Shown: positions 38,572-51,450 of the stretch, piece after piece
How the letters are laid out: every line of letters starts with the position of its first letter
How positions within the stretch are numbered: the first letter of the stretch is position 1
NCBI GenBank assembly: GCA_030390025.1
Contig: JASTWF010000355.1
Span: 248,001 to 312,000 of the forward strand
Direction of reading: 5' to 3'
Length of the DNA stretch: 64,000 nt
Origin: Squalus acanthias
Taxonomy: Eukaryota
Made by a program: the position numbers and the translations under genes
The notes under the pieces: generated by a model
Seen by the model: only the letters and a program-made list of their open reading frames with translations
Told to the model about the DNA's origin: nothing
Databases searched by the model: none

Positions 38572-39790
38572 AATGAAGGTGTTTTGATGAGGGAACAGTG
38601 AGTGTTGATGAGGGTAATCTGCTTGACATAGTGCACATGTATTTCAAACAGGGGTTCAACTAAGTTCCACATAATAGGTTCGCCAGCAAAGTTGAAGCCC
38701 ATGGATTAAAAGGGACAGTGGATACGAAATTGGCAAAGTGATAGGAAACAGAGAATAGTAGGGAAAGGTTGTTTTTCGGATTGGAGGAAGGTATACAGTG
38801 TTGTTCCCCAGTGGTCGGCTCTAAGACCACTGCCTTTCTTGATATATATTAATCACTTGGACGTGGGTGAACAGAGCACAATTTCAAAATTTGCCGATGT
38901 CACAAAACTTGGAAGTATAGTGAAAAGTGAGGAGGATACTGATAGACTTCAGGAAGACATAAACAGGCTGGTGAAATGGACGGACACGAGGCAGATGAAA
39001 TGTAACGAGGAAAAGTGTGAAGTGAGACAGTTTGGTAGAAATAATGAAGAGTGGACATATAAACTAATTGGTACAATCCTGAAGTGGGTGCACGAACAGA
39101 GAGACCTGGGCGTACATGTCTACAAATCGGTGAAGTTGGCAGGGCAGGATGAGAAAGCCATTAAAAAGTTTTACGGGATACTGGGCTTCATAAATAGAGG
39201 TATAGAGCACAAAACTGTGGAAATGATGATGAACCTGTATAAAACACTGTTTCGGTCCCAACTAGAGTATTGTGTCCAATTCTGGGCACCACACTTTAGG
39301 AAGGATGCGAAGGCCTTACAGAGGGTTCAAATAAATTGACAAGAATGATTCCAGCAATGAGGGACTTCAGTTACCTTGATAGACTGAAGAAGCTAGCTTT
39401 GTTCTCCATAGAGCAGAGAAGATTGAGAGGAGATTTGATAGAGGTGTTCAAAATCAAGAGGGGTCAGGACAGAATCGAAAGAGATAAACTATTCCCATTG
39501 GCGGAAGGGTCGAGAACCAGAAGACACAGATTTAAGGTGATTGATACAAGAACCAAAGGCATCTTAATTCAATCTTTTTTTATGCAGCGAGTGTTTAAGA
39601 TCTGGAATGCGCTTCCTGAACGGGGGTTAGAGGCAGATTTCATCACGGCTTTCAAAAGCGAGTGGGATAAGTATCTGAAGGAAATAAATTGCAGGGCTAC
39701 GAGAAAAGGGCAGGGGAGTGGGACAAGCTGAGATTCGGCACGCTCTCGAAGGGCCGCTTAGCATTCTTCCGTGCTGCAACCATTCTATGG
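38572..39790 (+). mobile_element. 5'-truncated CR1 LINE, degraded
   Basis: ORFs 38839..39339 and 39336..39731 (SKFADVTKLG, LEYCVQFWAPH, RLRGDLIEVFKI). Confidence 0.92.
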
Positions 39791-39801
39791 TAATATGATA
39801 C

Positions 39802-42155
39802 TAAGGTGTTTTCTGTTGTGTAAAGATGCTCTCTGTTGTGTGTAGGAGATCCCTGTTGTGTAAAGATGTTCCCTGTTGTGTAAAGATATTCCCTCTTGTA
39901 TAAATGTGTTCTCTGTTGTGTAAAGATGTTCTCTGTTGTCAAAAGATGATCTCTAGTATTTAAAAATGTTCCCTGTTGTGTAAATGTGTTCCCTGGTATG
40001 CAAAGATGTTCCCTGTTGTCTAAATGTGTTCTCTATTGTATAAAGATGTTCTCTGTTGTCTAAAGATGATCGCTGGTATTTAAAGATGTTCCCTGCTGTG
40101 TAAATGTGTTCCCTGGTATCTAAAGATGTTACCTGTTGTATAAATGTGTTCTCTGTTGTGTAAATATGTTCCCTGGTATGTAAAGATGTTATTTGTTCTT
40201 TAAATATGTTCTCTGTTGTGTAAAGATGTTCTCTGTTGTGTAAAGATGTTCTCTGTTGTGTAAAGATGTTCTCTGTTGTGTAAAGATGGTCTCTGTTCTT
40301 TAAAGATGTTCTCTGTTGTGTAAAGATGTTCTCTGTTCTTTAAATATGTTCTCTGTTGTGTAAAGATGTTCTCTGTTGAGTAAAGATGTTCTCTGTTGTG
40401 TAAATATGTTCCCTCTTGTATATATATGTTCTCTCTTGTCTAAAGCTGATCCCTGGTATTTAAAGATGTTCCCTGTTGTATAAATGTGTTCTCTGTTGTG
40501 TAAAGATGTTTTCTGTTGTGTAAATATGTTCCCTCTTGTATAAATGTGTTCTCTTTTGTGTAAATATGTTCTCTGTTGTCTAAAGCTGATCTCTGGTATT
40601 TAAAGATGTTCCCTGTTGTGCAAATGTATTCCCTGGTATGTAAAGATGTTCCCTGTTGTGCAAATGTGTTCTATGTTGTGTAAAGATGTTCCCTGTTGTA
40701 TAAATGTGTTCTCTGTTGTATAAATGTGTTCTCTGTTGTGTAAATATGTTCCCTCTTGTATAAATGTGTTCTCTGTTGTGTAAATATGTTCTCTGTTGTC
40801 TAAAGATGATCTCTGGCATTTAAATATGTTCCCTGTTGTGCAAATGTGTTCCCTTGTATGTAAAGATGTTCCCTGTTGTATAAATGTGTTCTCTGTTGTG
40901 TAAATGTGTTCTCTGTTGTGTAAATATGTTCCCTCTTGTATAAATGTATTCTCTGTTGTGTAAATATGTTATCTGTTGTCTAAAGATGATGTCTGGCATT
41001 TAAATATGTTCCCTGTTGTGCAAATGTGTTCCCTGGTATGTAAAGATGTTCCCTGTTGTATACATGTGTTCTCTGTTGTGTAAAGATGTTCTCTGTTGTC
41101 TAAAGATGTTCTCTGGTATTTAAAGGTGTTCCCCGTTGTATAAATGTGTTCTCTGTTTTGTAAAGATGATATCTGTTGTGTAAAGATGTTCCCTGTTGTA
41201 TAAATGTGTTCTCCGTTGTGTAAAGATGTTCCCTGTTGTGTAAAGATGTTCTCTGTTGTGTAAAGATGATCTCTGGTATTGCAAGATGTTCCCTGTTGTG
41301 TAAAAGTGTTCCCTGTCGTGTAAAGATGTTCCCTGATACGTAAAGATGTTCGCTGTTGTATAAATGTGTTCTCTGTTGTGTAACGATATTCTCTGGTATT
41401 TAAAGATGTTCCCTGTTGTTTAAATGTGTTCCCTGGTGTGTAAAGATGTTACCTGTTGTATAAATGTGTTCTCTGTTGTGTAAAGATGTTATCTGTTGTG
41501 TACTGATGTTCTGTGTTATGTAAAGATGTTCCCTGTTGTATAAATGTGTTCTCTATTGTGTAAAGATGTTCTCTGTTAAGTAAAGATGTTCCCTTTTGTA
41601 TAAATGTGTTCTCTGTTGTGTAAAGATGTTATCTGTTGAGTAAAGATGTTCCCTGTTGTATAAATGTATTATCTGTTGTGTAAATTTGTTCTCTGTTGTG
41701 TAAAGATGATCTCTGGTATTGAAAGATATTCCCTGTTGTGTAGAAGTGTTCCCTGGTATGTAAAGATGTTCCCTGTTGTATAAATGTGTTATCTGTTGTG
41801 TAAAGATCTTCTCTGGTATTTAAAGATGTTCCCTGTTGTATAAATGTGTTCTCTGTTCTTTAAAGATGTTCTCTGTTGTGTAAAGATGATATCTGGTATT
41901 TAAAGATGTTCTCTGTTTCGTAAATGTGTTCCCTGTTGTTTAAAGATGTTCCCTTTTGTCTAAAGATGTTCGCTGTTAGGTAAAGGTGTTCTCTGTTGAG
42001 CAACAGTTTTTCCTGTAGTTTAAAGTTGTAACCTGCTGTTTAATCATCTTTCCAGTTGTATAAAGGTGTTTCCTTTGATTAAAGGTGTTCCCTGTTGTGT
42101 AAACGTTTTCCCTGTAGTGTAAAGATTTTTCTTGTTGTGTAAAGATATTTTCCAT
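39802..42155. repeat. 20-bp minisatellite TAAAGATGTTC(T/C)CTGTTGTG, about 115 copies
   Basis: Strict 20-nt period is visible. Shorter arrays lie at ~37900-38180, 42510-42870 and 43460-43820. Confidence 0.95.
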
Positions 42156-43819
42156 GCTGTATCGAAAGCAATAATATTGCCCTCAATTTTTCAGTATCAC
42201 GGACACTGCAACACACGCATTGGGAGGCTCACCCTGGGGAAAAAACGTCACAAGGACACTCAGTATTACACCACCCGCAAAGGGACAGACACAGAATGAC
42301 ACACAGAAAACCAGCAAGAGCCTTTCAGGACACAGAAGGCGAGGGACAGAGAAATACACTGAGGGAACAAGAGAGAGAGACAGAAAAACAGACTGATTAA
42401 CAACAACGAGAGACAGAGACTGAGGAAAAGACAGAAACTGTGAGAGAGACAGAGGGAGAGATAGACAGACAGGGAAACGGACAATGAGAGCAAGGCAGAG
42501 ACTGGTATGTAGATGTTTTTTGTTGCATCAGAATGTTCCCTGTTGTCTACAGATGTTCTATGTTGTGTAAAGGTGTTCTCTGTTGTGTACTGATGTTCGC
42601 TGTTGAATAAATGTGTTCCTTGTTGTGTAAAGGAGTTCCCTGTTAATGTAAAGATGTTCCCTGTTATGCAAAGATATTCTCTGTTTTGTAAAGATATATC
42701 CTGTTGTGTAAATATGTTTTCTGTAATGTATTGATGTCCCTGTTGTGTAAAGGTTTTCCATGCTGTGTAAAGATGTTCCCTGGTGTGCAAAGATGTTTCC
42801 TGCTGGGTGAAATTGTTTCCGCATGTTTAACGGTGTTCCCTCTTGGGTAATGTTGTTCCCTGTTGTATAAAGTTTGTGTAAATAAAGTTTAAAGTGTAAT
42901 CAAATTAAATGCATAGTGAATGTCAGTTACAACAGATGCTTTCATTGTGGAGTAAATAAGAATGTAATTAGCAAAGAATGGCTTCGATCCATTGAGCTCT
43001 GTCTTATGGGCCCAGCAGGCTTCCGCTGCGCCACTCTAATACGGGGAGCTACTTCTCGCCAAATACCTGTCCGTGCGATGCGTCAGCGAGACAAATTTCA
43101 GACACCAGGCTTTATTAAAAGCGGTCGCATTGCCCTCAAATTTCTTAGAATCCCGGACACAGAAACACACGCGTTGGGAGGCTCACCCTGGGAACAAAAT
43201 GTCAAAGGGTCACTCAGTATTACACCACCCGCAATGGGACAGACACAGAATGACACACAGAAAAACAAAAATAGACTTTCAGGACACACAAAGGGAGGGA
43301 CAGAGAGAAACAAAACTGAAGAATCAAGAGAGAGAAATACAAATAGACTGATTAACACAAGGGAGAAACATAGACTCAGGGAAAGACAGAAACTGCGAGT
43401 GATACAGAGGGAGAGATAGACAGACAGGGAAACGGAGAAAGAGAGGAATAGAGAGACTGGTATGAAGATGTTTTCTGTTGTATCAGGATTTTCCCTGTTG
43501 TGTAAAGATATATCCTGTTGGGTAAATATGTTTTCTGTTATGTAAAGATGTTCCCTGTTGTGTAACAGTTTTACCTGTTTTGTAACAGTGTCCACTGTTG
43601 TCTAAAGTTTTTCCCTGCTGTGTAAAGATGTTCCCTGTTAAAAGATGTTTCATAATGTATTAACATGTTGCAGGTTGTGTAAAGGTTTTCCCTACTGTGT
43701 AAAGATGTTCCCTGTTTTGAAAAGATGTTTCATACTGTATTAACATGTTGCAGGTTGTATAAAGGTGTTCCCTGTTGTGTAAAGCTGTTCCCTGTTGAGT
43801 AAAGATGTTTCCTTTTGTC

Positions 43820-45600
43820 ATAGTCATAGAGTCATAGATTCATAATGGCACAGAATGAGGACAGTCGGCCCATCGAGTCCGTGCCGGCTTTCTGAAGAGC
43901 AATCCGGTCAGTCCCATTCCCCCACGCTATTCCCGTAGCCCTGCAATTTTATGTCCTTCAAGTGTCTATCCTGTCTCCGTTTGAAAACATTGAGTGTCTG
44001 CACTTGCACCATTTCCGTCGGCAGCGATTTCCAGGTCATCACCACTCGCTGCTTAATTTATTTCCCTCACATCCTTCCTGTCTCTCTTGCCCAAAACCTT
44101 AAATCTGTTCCCCTAGTCCTTGCACGATCAAATCATGGGAACAGCCTTTCCCCGTCTAGCCTATCCAAACCCGTCATAATCTTGTACACTTCTATCAAAT
44201 CACCCCTCAACCTCCTTTGCTCTAATGAAAACAAAAATGAGAAATCGCACAATACCAGGTTATAGTCCAACAGTTTTATTTGAAATTACGAGCTTTCGGA
44301 GCTCTGCTCCTTCGTCAGGTACAGTGAGGGAATACAAATCGTTTACAAAGTATATATAGACAGAGAACAATGTGTCTGCAGAGATACAATCCGTCAGGGA
44401 GGCATTACATCAAAGACACAGCAGAGTACAGCTAAGACAATGAGATGGGTCAATTGGGGTCCAACGTGTCAAATGCTGCAGTCCGCAGTTAAGCTTTATA
44501 CTTGTTTTTAAAACTGGAAATCAAATCTGTGAACCAGACAACGACGTCGGGTCACGTCCTGTAGCGTGACATGAAACCGAGATCCCGGTTGAGGCCGTCC
44601 TCATGGGTTCGGAACTTGGCTATCAGTTTCTGCTCGATGATTTTGCGTTGTTCTGTGTCTCGAAGGGCTCCTTGGAGAACGCTAACCCGCAGATCCGAGG
44701 CTGAATGTCCTTGACTGCTGAAGTGTTCCCCGACTGGGAGGTAACAATCCTGCCTGGCGATTGTTGCACGGTGTCCGTTCATACGTTGTCTCAGTTTCTG
44801 CATGGTCTCGCCGATGTACCATGCTGCGGTGCATTCTTTCCTGCAACATATGAAAACAAATGAAATGAAAAGCTAATGAAAACAAAACCAGCTTCCCCAA
44901 ACCTGACCTTGTAGCTAAGATTCCAATCCCCAGAACCATTCCGGTAAATCTCCTCTGCAATCTCTCAAAGGCCTTCACATTCTTCCTAAACTGTAGTGAC
45001 CAGAACTGGAAGCAATACTACAGCTGCGGCCTAACCAGCGCTTTATAAATGTTCAGCATAACATCTCTACTTTTGTATTGAATACCTCTACTTCTGGAGC
45101 CCAATATTCCATCTGCTTTGTTAACCACGGTCTCAATATATCCCACCACCTTCAGGGACCTATGCACATTAACTCCCAGGTCCCTCTTTCCATGCACACT
45201 CTTTAAAATGTTCCATTAAGTGTATATTGCCTCTTCCTGTTCCTTCTTCCAAAATGCATTACATCACACTTCTGTGTATTAAATTCCATCTACTACTTGC
45301 CTGCCCATTATGCTAGCCTTTTTATGTTCTGTTGCACTAGATTGGTATCATCATCATCACTGTTTGCCACACCCCCAAGTTTGGTGTCATCAACAAACTT
45401 AGAAATTCTACTCTGCATTCTAATATCCAGGTCAATTATATATATCAAAAAAGTATTGGCAACAGCACTGATCCTTGGGAACACCACTGGGTAACATGCT
45501 GCAGTCTGAAAAACAGCCAATTACCACAACTCGCTGTTTTCTGTCCTTAAGCCAATTCCTTATCCAAGCTGCCACTGATCCACCTATTCCATGAGCTCTT
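43820..45600 (-). mobile_element. CR1 LINE interrupted by a Penelope element
   Basis: (catagagt)n antisense tail at 43819. Minus ORF SRISKFVDDTKLGG at 45308..45520. Confidence 0.88.
44237..44848 (-). mobile_element. Penelope-like 3' fragment, family 2 (hammerhead at ~44287-44322)
   Basis: Encodes YIGETMQKLRQRMNGHR..VGEHFS..EQKLIAKF..GLN. 15-bp TSD CTAATGAAAACAAAA at 44222 and 44873. Confidence 0.9.
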
Positions 45601-45964
45601 CGATGTCCACGTTAAGGATGGTGAACGCTGTTCGGCTCACCGTTATTTCTACCACTACATTCCGCCCATTATGTTGGTCTAAATTCAGCTTGTGTGGATG
45701 CGTAGAATGGGTGATATCGAATCCATCGGCAGGTGTACCGATATTCGATTCAATTTACATCGGTTAGTTTCCGCTCAAGGTTAGTTTCTAATCCGACGGG
45801 ATTCCTGGAGATCCCCCTTCGCTTAATGAGAGAAAGAAGCTGTCAAGGGAGTCTCCACCTATGCTGTGAATATACCGGAGGCCGTCAAACCCCGTCATGA
45901 GGCCGAAACACCCACCAACACGAACAAGGGTGGAGCTATTTTCTTTCCATCTTCCTAATGGTAT

Positions 45965-46440
45965 TTAATAACAACAACTTGTGTTTGTGCAGCGCCTTCA
46001 TTGTAGTAAAACGACATAAGGTGCTTCACTGAAGCATAATTAGACATAAGAATTGACACCGAGCCAAAGAATGAGACATCGGTAGAGATGAGCAAATGCT
46101 TGGTCAAAGAGATAGCTTATAATTACATGGAATTACACAGATTTAACAGAACACCCACTGGTTATTTGTCCCAACTGGACTGTGCAGGGGTTTATGCTCA
46201 ACATGATCCTCCCCCCAGTCTACTTCATCAAACACTATCTACATATCCTCTAACTCTTTCTCCCTCATGTACACCTTATGGAGAAAGAGTTAGAGGGGCA
46301 GGGAGTTTTAGGGACTGAATTCCAGACGTGACGCTCAGACGGCTGTACGCACGGCCGCCAATAGTGGGATGAAGGGAGTGGTGTATGCACTAGGGGCAGA
46401 GTTGGAGGAACGCAGGGATCTCGGAGGATTGCAGCGCTGG
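45965..46440 (-). mobile_element. L2 LINE 3' end
   Basis: (aac)n and agcgcctt..tgtagtaaaacg form the antisense L2 tail, which runs into the 73-bp satellite. Confidence 0.75.
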
Positions 46441-49366
46441 AGGAGGTTATAGAGATAGGGAGTGGTGAGGCCATGGATGAAATTGAACTCGAGGATGAGA
46501 ACTGTAAGACGGGAGGAGGTTATAGAGATAGTGAGGGGTGAGGCCATTGTAGGGGGTGGCAGTGGGGTCAGCCTCCGCATTCTGACTCAGTGAGCGGTTC
46601 GAATCGCGGCCACGCCCCTGGTTCCTAGACTTTGGACTTATTTAGGGGTTGTGAACAAAAATGCAGTAGACAACAGGCTCTGCTGAAAGAATTTTGACTT
46701 TATTAAAAGAAAAAGGTAACAAACTTAAAACACACTTAATACATAAACACAGGTTGGGGAACAGACGGTCCAAGCGAGGGAGAACGACAATATACCAACC
46801 AAAAACCTTATCCCTCCCAAAGATCCCACTATCTAGCTAGGTTTTTGGTTTCAGGAGATCAGGGATAATGCTCACCAACGAATCCTTGACAGGATTTTAG
46901 AGTCTTTTTATTAAAAGATTTCGTAAGGCCCTTGTTGCTGCGAGGTATCCGATGGACACTAACGCAGTCGCTCTGGTTTCTTCTTGTGAGATGGTCTGTT
47001 TGTGGAGTTGTTGGCGTTGCTTTCCTCCTCCTCGTGGCTTGTGGTCTCTTTTGCTGGAGCGGGGCTGAGAGAGAGAGAGGGAGGGGGGTCTGTTCCAGCG
47101 TTGTCAGTGAGTCCAAAAGAGAGCGAGTCCTGCGTTAGGCTCCAATTATATTGTCCTTTTCGCGCCCAAAACCCCTTACTAAAACGGTTTCCTTTAGGTT
47201 TCAAATGAGCCCAGTTAAGTCCATTGTCTAGTTTTGGTGGGCTTGCCAGTTCCGGTGGCTTTAACTTAGTGTTAAACATGTCCTGATCGTGTTCCGATTA
47301 AGGCAAAGCCTTTATCTACGCGTCAAATATCGTCCCTATTGTCCTTGGTCTTGGCGGGCTTGAAATCTGTCCTGTGGATACCTGGTTGATTGGTTTTTGA
47401 TGAAGTACGAAATGTTTTATTGATTGCAGGCCCCTGACATCATATGTGGGTCTGGGAATTTCAAAAAATGTCTTGGATTATTCATATTTCGATGTGTTGT
47501 GAGGCTTTTGGGTTTTGTCTTTTCCTCCTTGATAGAAAGGCAGTTTAAGCACACTGCCAGAGAGCTGAATACACTGCCTGGCCACGCCCCTCTGCAGCTT
47601 GCCGGTGTCTACGACAAGGTGTCTTTCCCAACAGTAAGATTCGAAAAGTCATTTTCCTCAGGATTTTCTTCCCTGATCTTAAAAAATGTCCAAAACTGAG
47701 GGTTTTACCTCAAATCACTTCACTTAGGGTTCTGTTCCAGTTTCTGGGGGATTTTGCGAAGCCTACATCATGGAGGGATTTGAACTCGAGGATGAGAATT
47801 GTAAGACTGGAGGAGGGTACAGAGATAGGGAGGGGTGAGGGCCATGGAGTGATTTGAACTCGTGGATGAGCTGGAGGAGGGTACAGAGATAGGGAGGGTG
47901 AGGCCATGGAGTGATTTGAAATCGAGGATGAGAATTGTAAGACTGGAGGAGGTTATAGAGATAGGGAGGGGTGTGGGCCATGGAGTGATTGGAACTCGAG
48001 GATGAGAATTTTAAGACTGGAGGAGGTTATAGAGATAGGGAGGGGTGAGGGCCATGGAGTGATTGAAACTCGAGGATGAGAATTGTAAGAATGAAGGAGG
48101 GTACAGAGATAGTGAGGGGTGAGGGCCATGGAGTGATTTGAAATCGAGGATGAGAATTGTAAGAATGGAGGAGGTTACAGAGATAGGGAGGGTTGTGGGC
48201 CATGGAGTGATTGGAACTCGAGGATGAGAATTGTAAGACTGGAGGAGGTTATAGAGATAGGGAGGGGTGAGGCTATGGAGTGATTTGAACTCGAGGATGA
48301 GAATTGTAAGACTGGAGGAGGGTACAGAGATAGGGAGGGGTGAGGCCATGGAGTAATATCAACGCGAGGATGAGAATTATAAGACTGGAGGAGGGTACAG
48401 AGATAGGGAGGGGTGAGGCCATGGAGTAATATCAACGCGAGGATGAGAATTGTAAGACTGGAGGAGGGTACAGAGATAGGGAGGGGTGAGGGCCATTGAG
48501 TGATTTGAACTCGAGGATGAGAATTGTAAGACTGGAGGAGGTTTTAGAGATCGGGAGGGGTGAGGCCATGGAGTGATTTGAACTCGAGGATGAGAATTGT
48601 AAGACTGGAGGGGGTTATAGAGATAGGGAGGAGTGAGGGCCATGGAGTGATTGGAACTCGAGGATGAGAATTGTAAGACTGGAGGAGGTTATAGAGATAG
48701 GGAGGGGTGAGGCCATGGAGTGATTTGAACTCGAGGATGAGAATTGTAAGACTGGAGGAGGTTATAGAGATAGGGAGGCGTGAGAGCCATGGAGGGATTT
48801 GAACTCTCGGATGAGAATTGTAAGACTGGAGGAGGTTATACAGATAGGGAGGAGTGAGGCCATGGAGTGATTTGAACTCGAGGATGAGAATTGTAAGACT
48901 GGAGGAGGTTATAGAGATAGGGAGGGGTGAGGCCTATGGAGTGACTGGAACTCGAGGATGAGAATTGTAAGACTGGAGGGTGTTATAGTGATAGGGTGGG
49001 GTGAGGCCATGGAGTGATCTGAACTCGAGGATGAGAATTGTAAGACTGGAGGTGGTTATAGAGATAGGGAGGGGTGAGGCCATGGAATGATTGAACTCGA
49101 GGATGAGAATTTTAAGACTGGAGGAGGTTATAGAGATAGGGAGGGGTGAGGGCCATGGAGTGATTGAACTCGAGGATGAGCTGGAGGAGGGTACAGAGAT
49201 AGGGAGGGGTGAGGCCATGGAATGATTGAACTCGAGGATGTGAATTGTAAGACTGGAGGGTGTTATAGAGATAGGGAGGGGTGAGGCCATGGAGTAATAT
49301 GAACTCGAGGGTGAGAATTGTAAGAATGAAGGAGGGTACAGAGATAGGGAGGGGCAAGCACCATGG
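46437..49366. repeat. ~73-bp satellite derived from L2 ORF2, about 23 copies
   Basis: Monomer AGGATGAGAATTGTAAGACTGGAGGAGGTTATAGAGATAGGGAGGGGTGAGGCCATGGAGTGATTTGAACTCG. Its antisense matches L2 at ~14648-14700 and 35367-35435. Confidence 0.92.
46548..47767 (-). mobile_element. Solo LTR (1220 bp)
   Basis: TGTAGG...CCTACA termini and a 4-bp TSD CCAT/TCAT in a satellite monomer. Minus-strand CCAAT (~47390), TATAA (~47146) and AATAAA (~46699) occur in LTR order. Confidence 0.85.
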
Positions 49367-49389
49367 AGGGATAGTGAAAGCAAAGACGA

Positions 49390-50300
49390 GGCATATCATT
49401 TTTTTCTTTATTGCCGTCTCTATCTGTGGCTGGTTATCCGTCAATCTCTCTCACTCTCTGCATCTTTTTAGTTTTATTAGATGTTCACAGTGTTGTCTCT
49501 TTACGTTGCAGGATCTTTCTCTTTTTGCTCTGTCCCTTTTTGCTATTCAGTTATTGTTCCTCCTTTTCTCTTTCTCTATCTCTGCCTTCCTATCTTTCCA
49601 TTTACTTATCCCTTTCTAACTTTTTCATTCTCTGTTCTTTTTGACTCCCGCTCCCTCTTATTGACGGCATCCTTCTGTCTCTTTTTGTCTCTCTGTGCCT
49701 GCAACTATATTGCCTTGCCTCACTCCATCTCTTTCTGTTCTCTCTCTCTTGCTTATTGTTACACTCCAGGAGCAGCTGTAGGGAGTATTAGAGGGATCCT
49801 GTTCTTCAGTCGACGCTCCAGATGTTCTCTCTCTCTCTCTCTCGCTGTCTCTCGCTCTGTTTCGCTCTCTCCTTTCTTCTTTCTCCATTTTTTTCTGACT
49901 CCGACAATCTCTTTTTTTCCCTTTGTTTGTCTCGGTGTTTGAATCTCAATATTTATATTCTTTGTGTATCGCACGGGCTGTCTCTCTATCTCTCTTTCTC
50001 TGTGTTTCTCCCTTTCTGTGCTTCTCTATCTATGTTTCACTCTTTGCAGCTTTCCGTTATCTATGTTTCTCTTTCTCATTCTGCTTCTATCTCTCTCTTT
50101 ATCTATTTTTCCTCTTTTCTCTGTTGCCCTCTTTGTTATTCTGGCTCTGTTTTTCACTGCTTCTCTCTGTCTCTCTGTCTCTGTCTCTCTTTGTCTCGCT
50201 CTGTATCTCTCCCTCTCTCTCTCTCCTGTTTCGCTCCCTATCTCTGCTTCTCTCTCCGTGTCTCTCTCTCTCTCTCTTTGTCTCTACCTCACTTTGGCAT
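49390..50300. repeat. (CT)n-rich low-complexity tract downstream of paralogue B
   Basis: Dense TCTC runs. Confidence 0.85.
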
Positions 50301-50548
50301 TCTGCCTTTCTAATTAAGTTGACTGCACCCATTCTGATCAGTACCACCGCGCCAACAATTTACAGTTCGACTGCAGAACGAGACTTGCTTCAACAGTGCA
50401 GATTATCAATAAAATATAACAGAATCAGATTTCAGATAATTTTCGGGATTGATGCTGTTAATATGAAATGTATGTTCCGCCGTGGGAATGCAGTAAATGC
50501 AGCATGAAATGAGATTTAGTTCGAGTGCTTTAAACTCTTCAGCTCTTT

Positions 50549-51450
50549 CTATGATTTAACTAATCTAACAATTAGCTTGAATGGGTATTTCACCGCGTTC
50601 TTCAGCTCCTCTCTGAATTTAGTCTGGGTCACAGCGTAAATACAAGTGTTTGTGCAGCAGTTCAACATCTGAAGCATTCTGGTTGTGGATACTGTGATGT
50701 AAACAGTGGTAGCGCCTGAGACAGAAAAAATTGCTGCAATTTGCCGATAGATGTAAAATAGAACACCAGGCATCCATAACAAAATAAAACTGCCGGATAG
50801 ACTGAAGAGTAAAATGATGGATTTCCTTCGGTTCTCCATCTCTGGATCCTTCTGATTCTCTCCATTGCTGCGGCCCCGGAGTCCGCTGCGGACTCGACTG
50901 GCCGCCAAAATACGTCTGACCGTCAGAGCATTGAGCAGCAAAATAAGAAAGAACGGGACACAAGGGGTTAAAATGAGTTGTAAAGATGCAAATGCTCTCC
51001 ATGCGGCTGCAGTAATGAAGCTGGGTTTATTGACACAGTGCCATGGAATATTATGGCTTATATATGCAGGTTCAACGACAAAAAACCACGGTACACTCCT
51101 TAAACAGCTCAGCACACTCACTGTTCCAATAACCACAGCCGCAGTTTTCTCGGTGCAATATTTTGTTTTCAGCTTCTCGCAACAAATGGCCACAAATCGA
51201 TCAAAGGTGAAACTGACTGTCAGCCAGACAGAAACATCAGTGGCTGCAAACCTCAGGAATCGAATAAGGCTACACACGGGAGTAATGTCCAGGAATGAAT
51301 TTGGGAAATAATATGAACTAATGCACGCCAATATGGGATCAGAGATGACGACCAGGAGATCGGCCGCTGCCATTCCCAGCAGGTAGCGAGTGATACATTT
51401 GGAGAGACCGCACTTTCCTCGGGACAGAATCACCATCGCCACCAAGTTAA
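50549..51450 (-). CDS. GPR139/GPR142-like class A GPCR, paralogue B, coding exon 2
   Basis: 902 nt with acceptor tctctcttacag|TTAACTTG at 51451-51453. Motifs FDRFVAIC, PWHC, LWMP, NTCIY and KFREEL. Confidence 0.93.

Larger units (their letters stand above)
37537..43820. repeat. Composite repeat: four copies of a ~330-bp head plus 20-bp minisatellite arrays
   Basis: The head (gaaagcgatagca..ggctcaccctgg..tattacaccaccc..gggacagacaca + GA-rich tract) occurs at ~37537, 38232, 42163 and 43117. Confidence 0.85.

Noticed and set aside
45600..45960. Unique CpG-containing stretch with ...catgaggccgaaac
   Set aside because: It has no CUGANGA box, no convincing ORF or splice pair, and no recognisable RNA gene.
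47710..49444. Repetitive ORFs in the 73-bp satellite (also in the 20-bp and 60-bp arrays)
   Set aside because: They are translation artefacts of tandem repeats with shifting frames.
49281..50507. Long hydrophobic Leu/Ser/Phe ORFs (also 372-1205 and 2799-3446)
   Set aside because: They are products of (CT)n low-complexity DNA, not membrane proteins.
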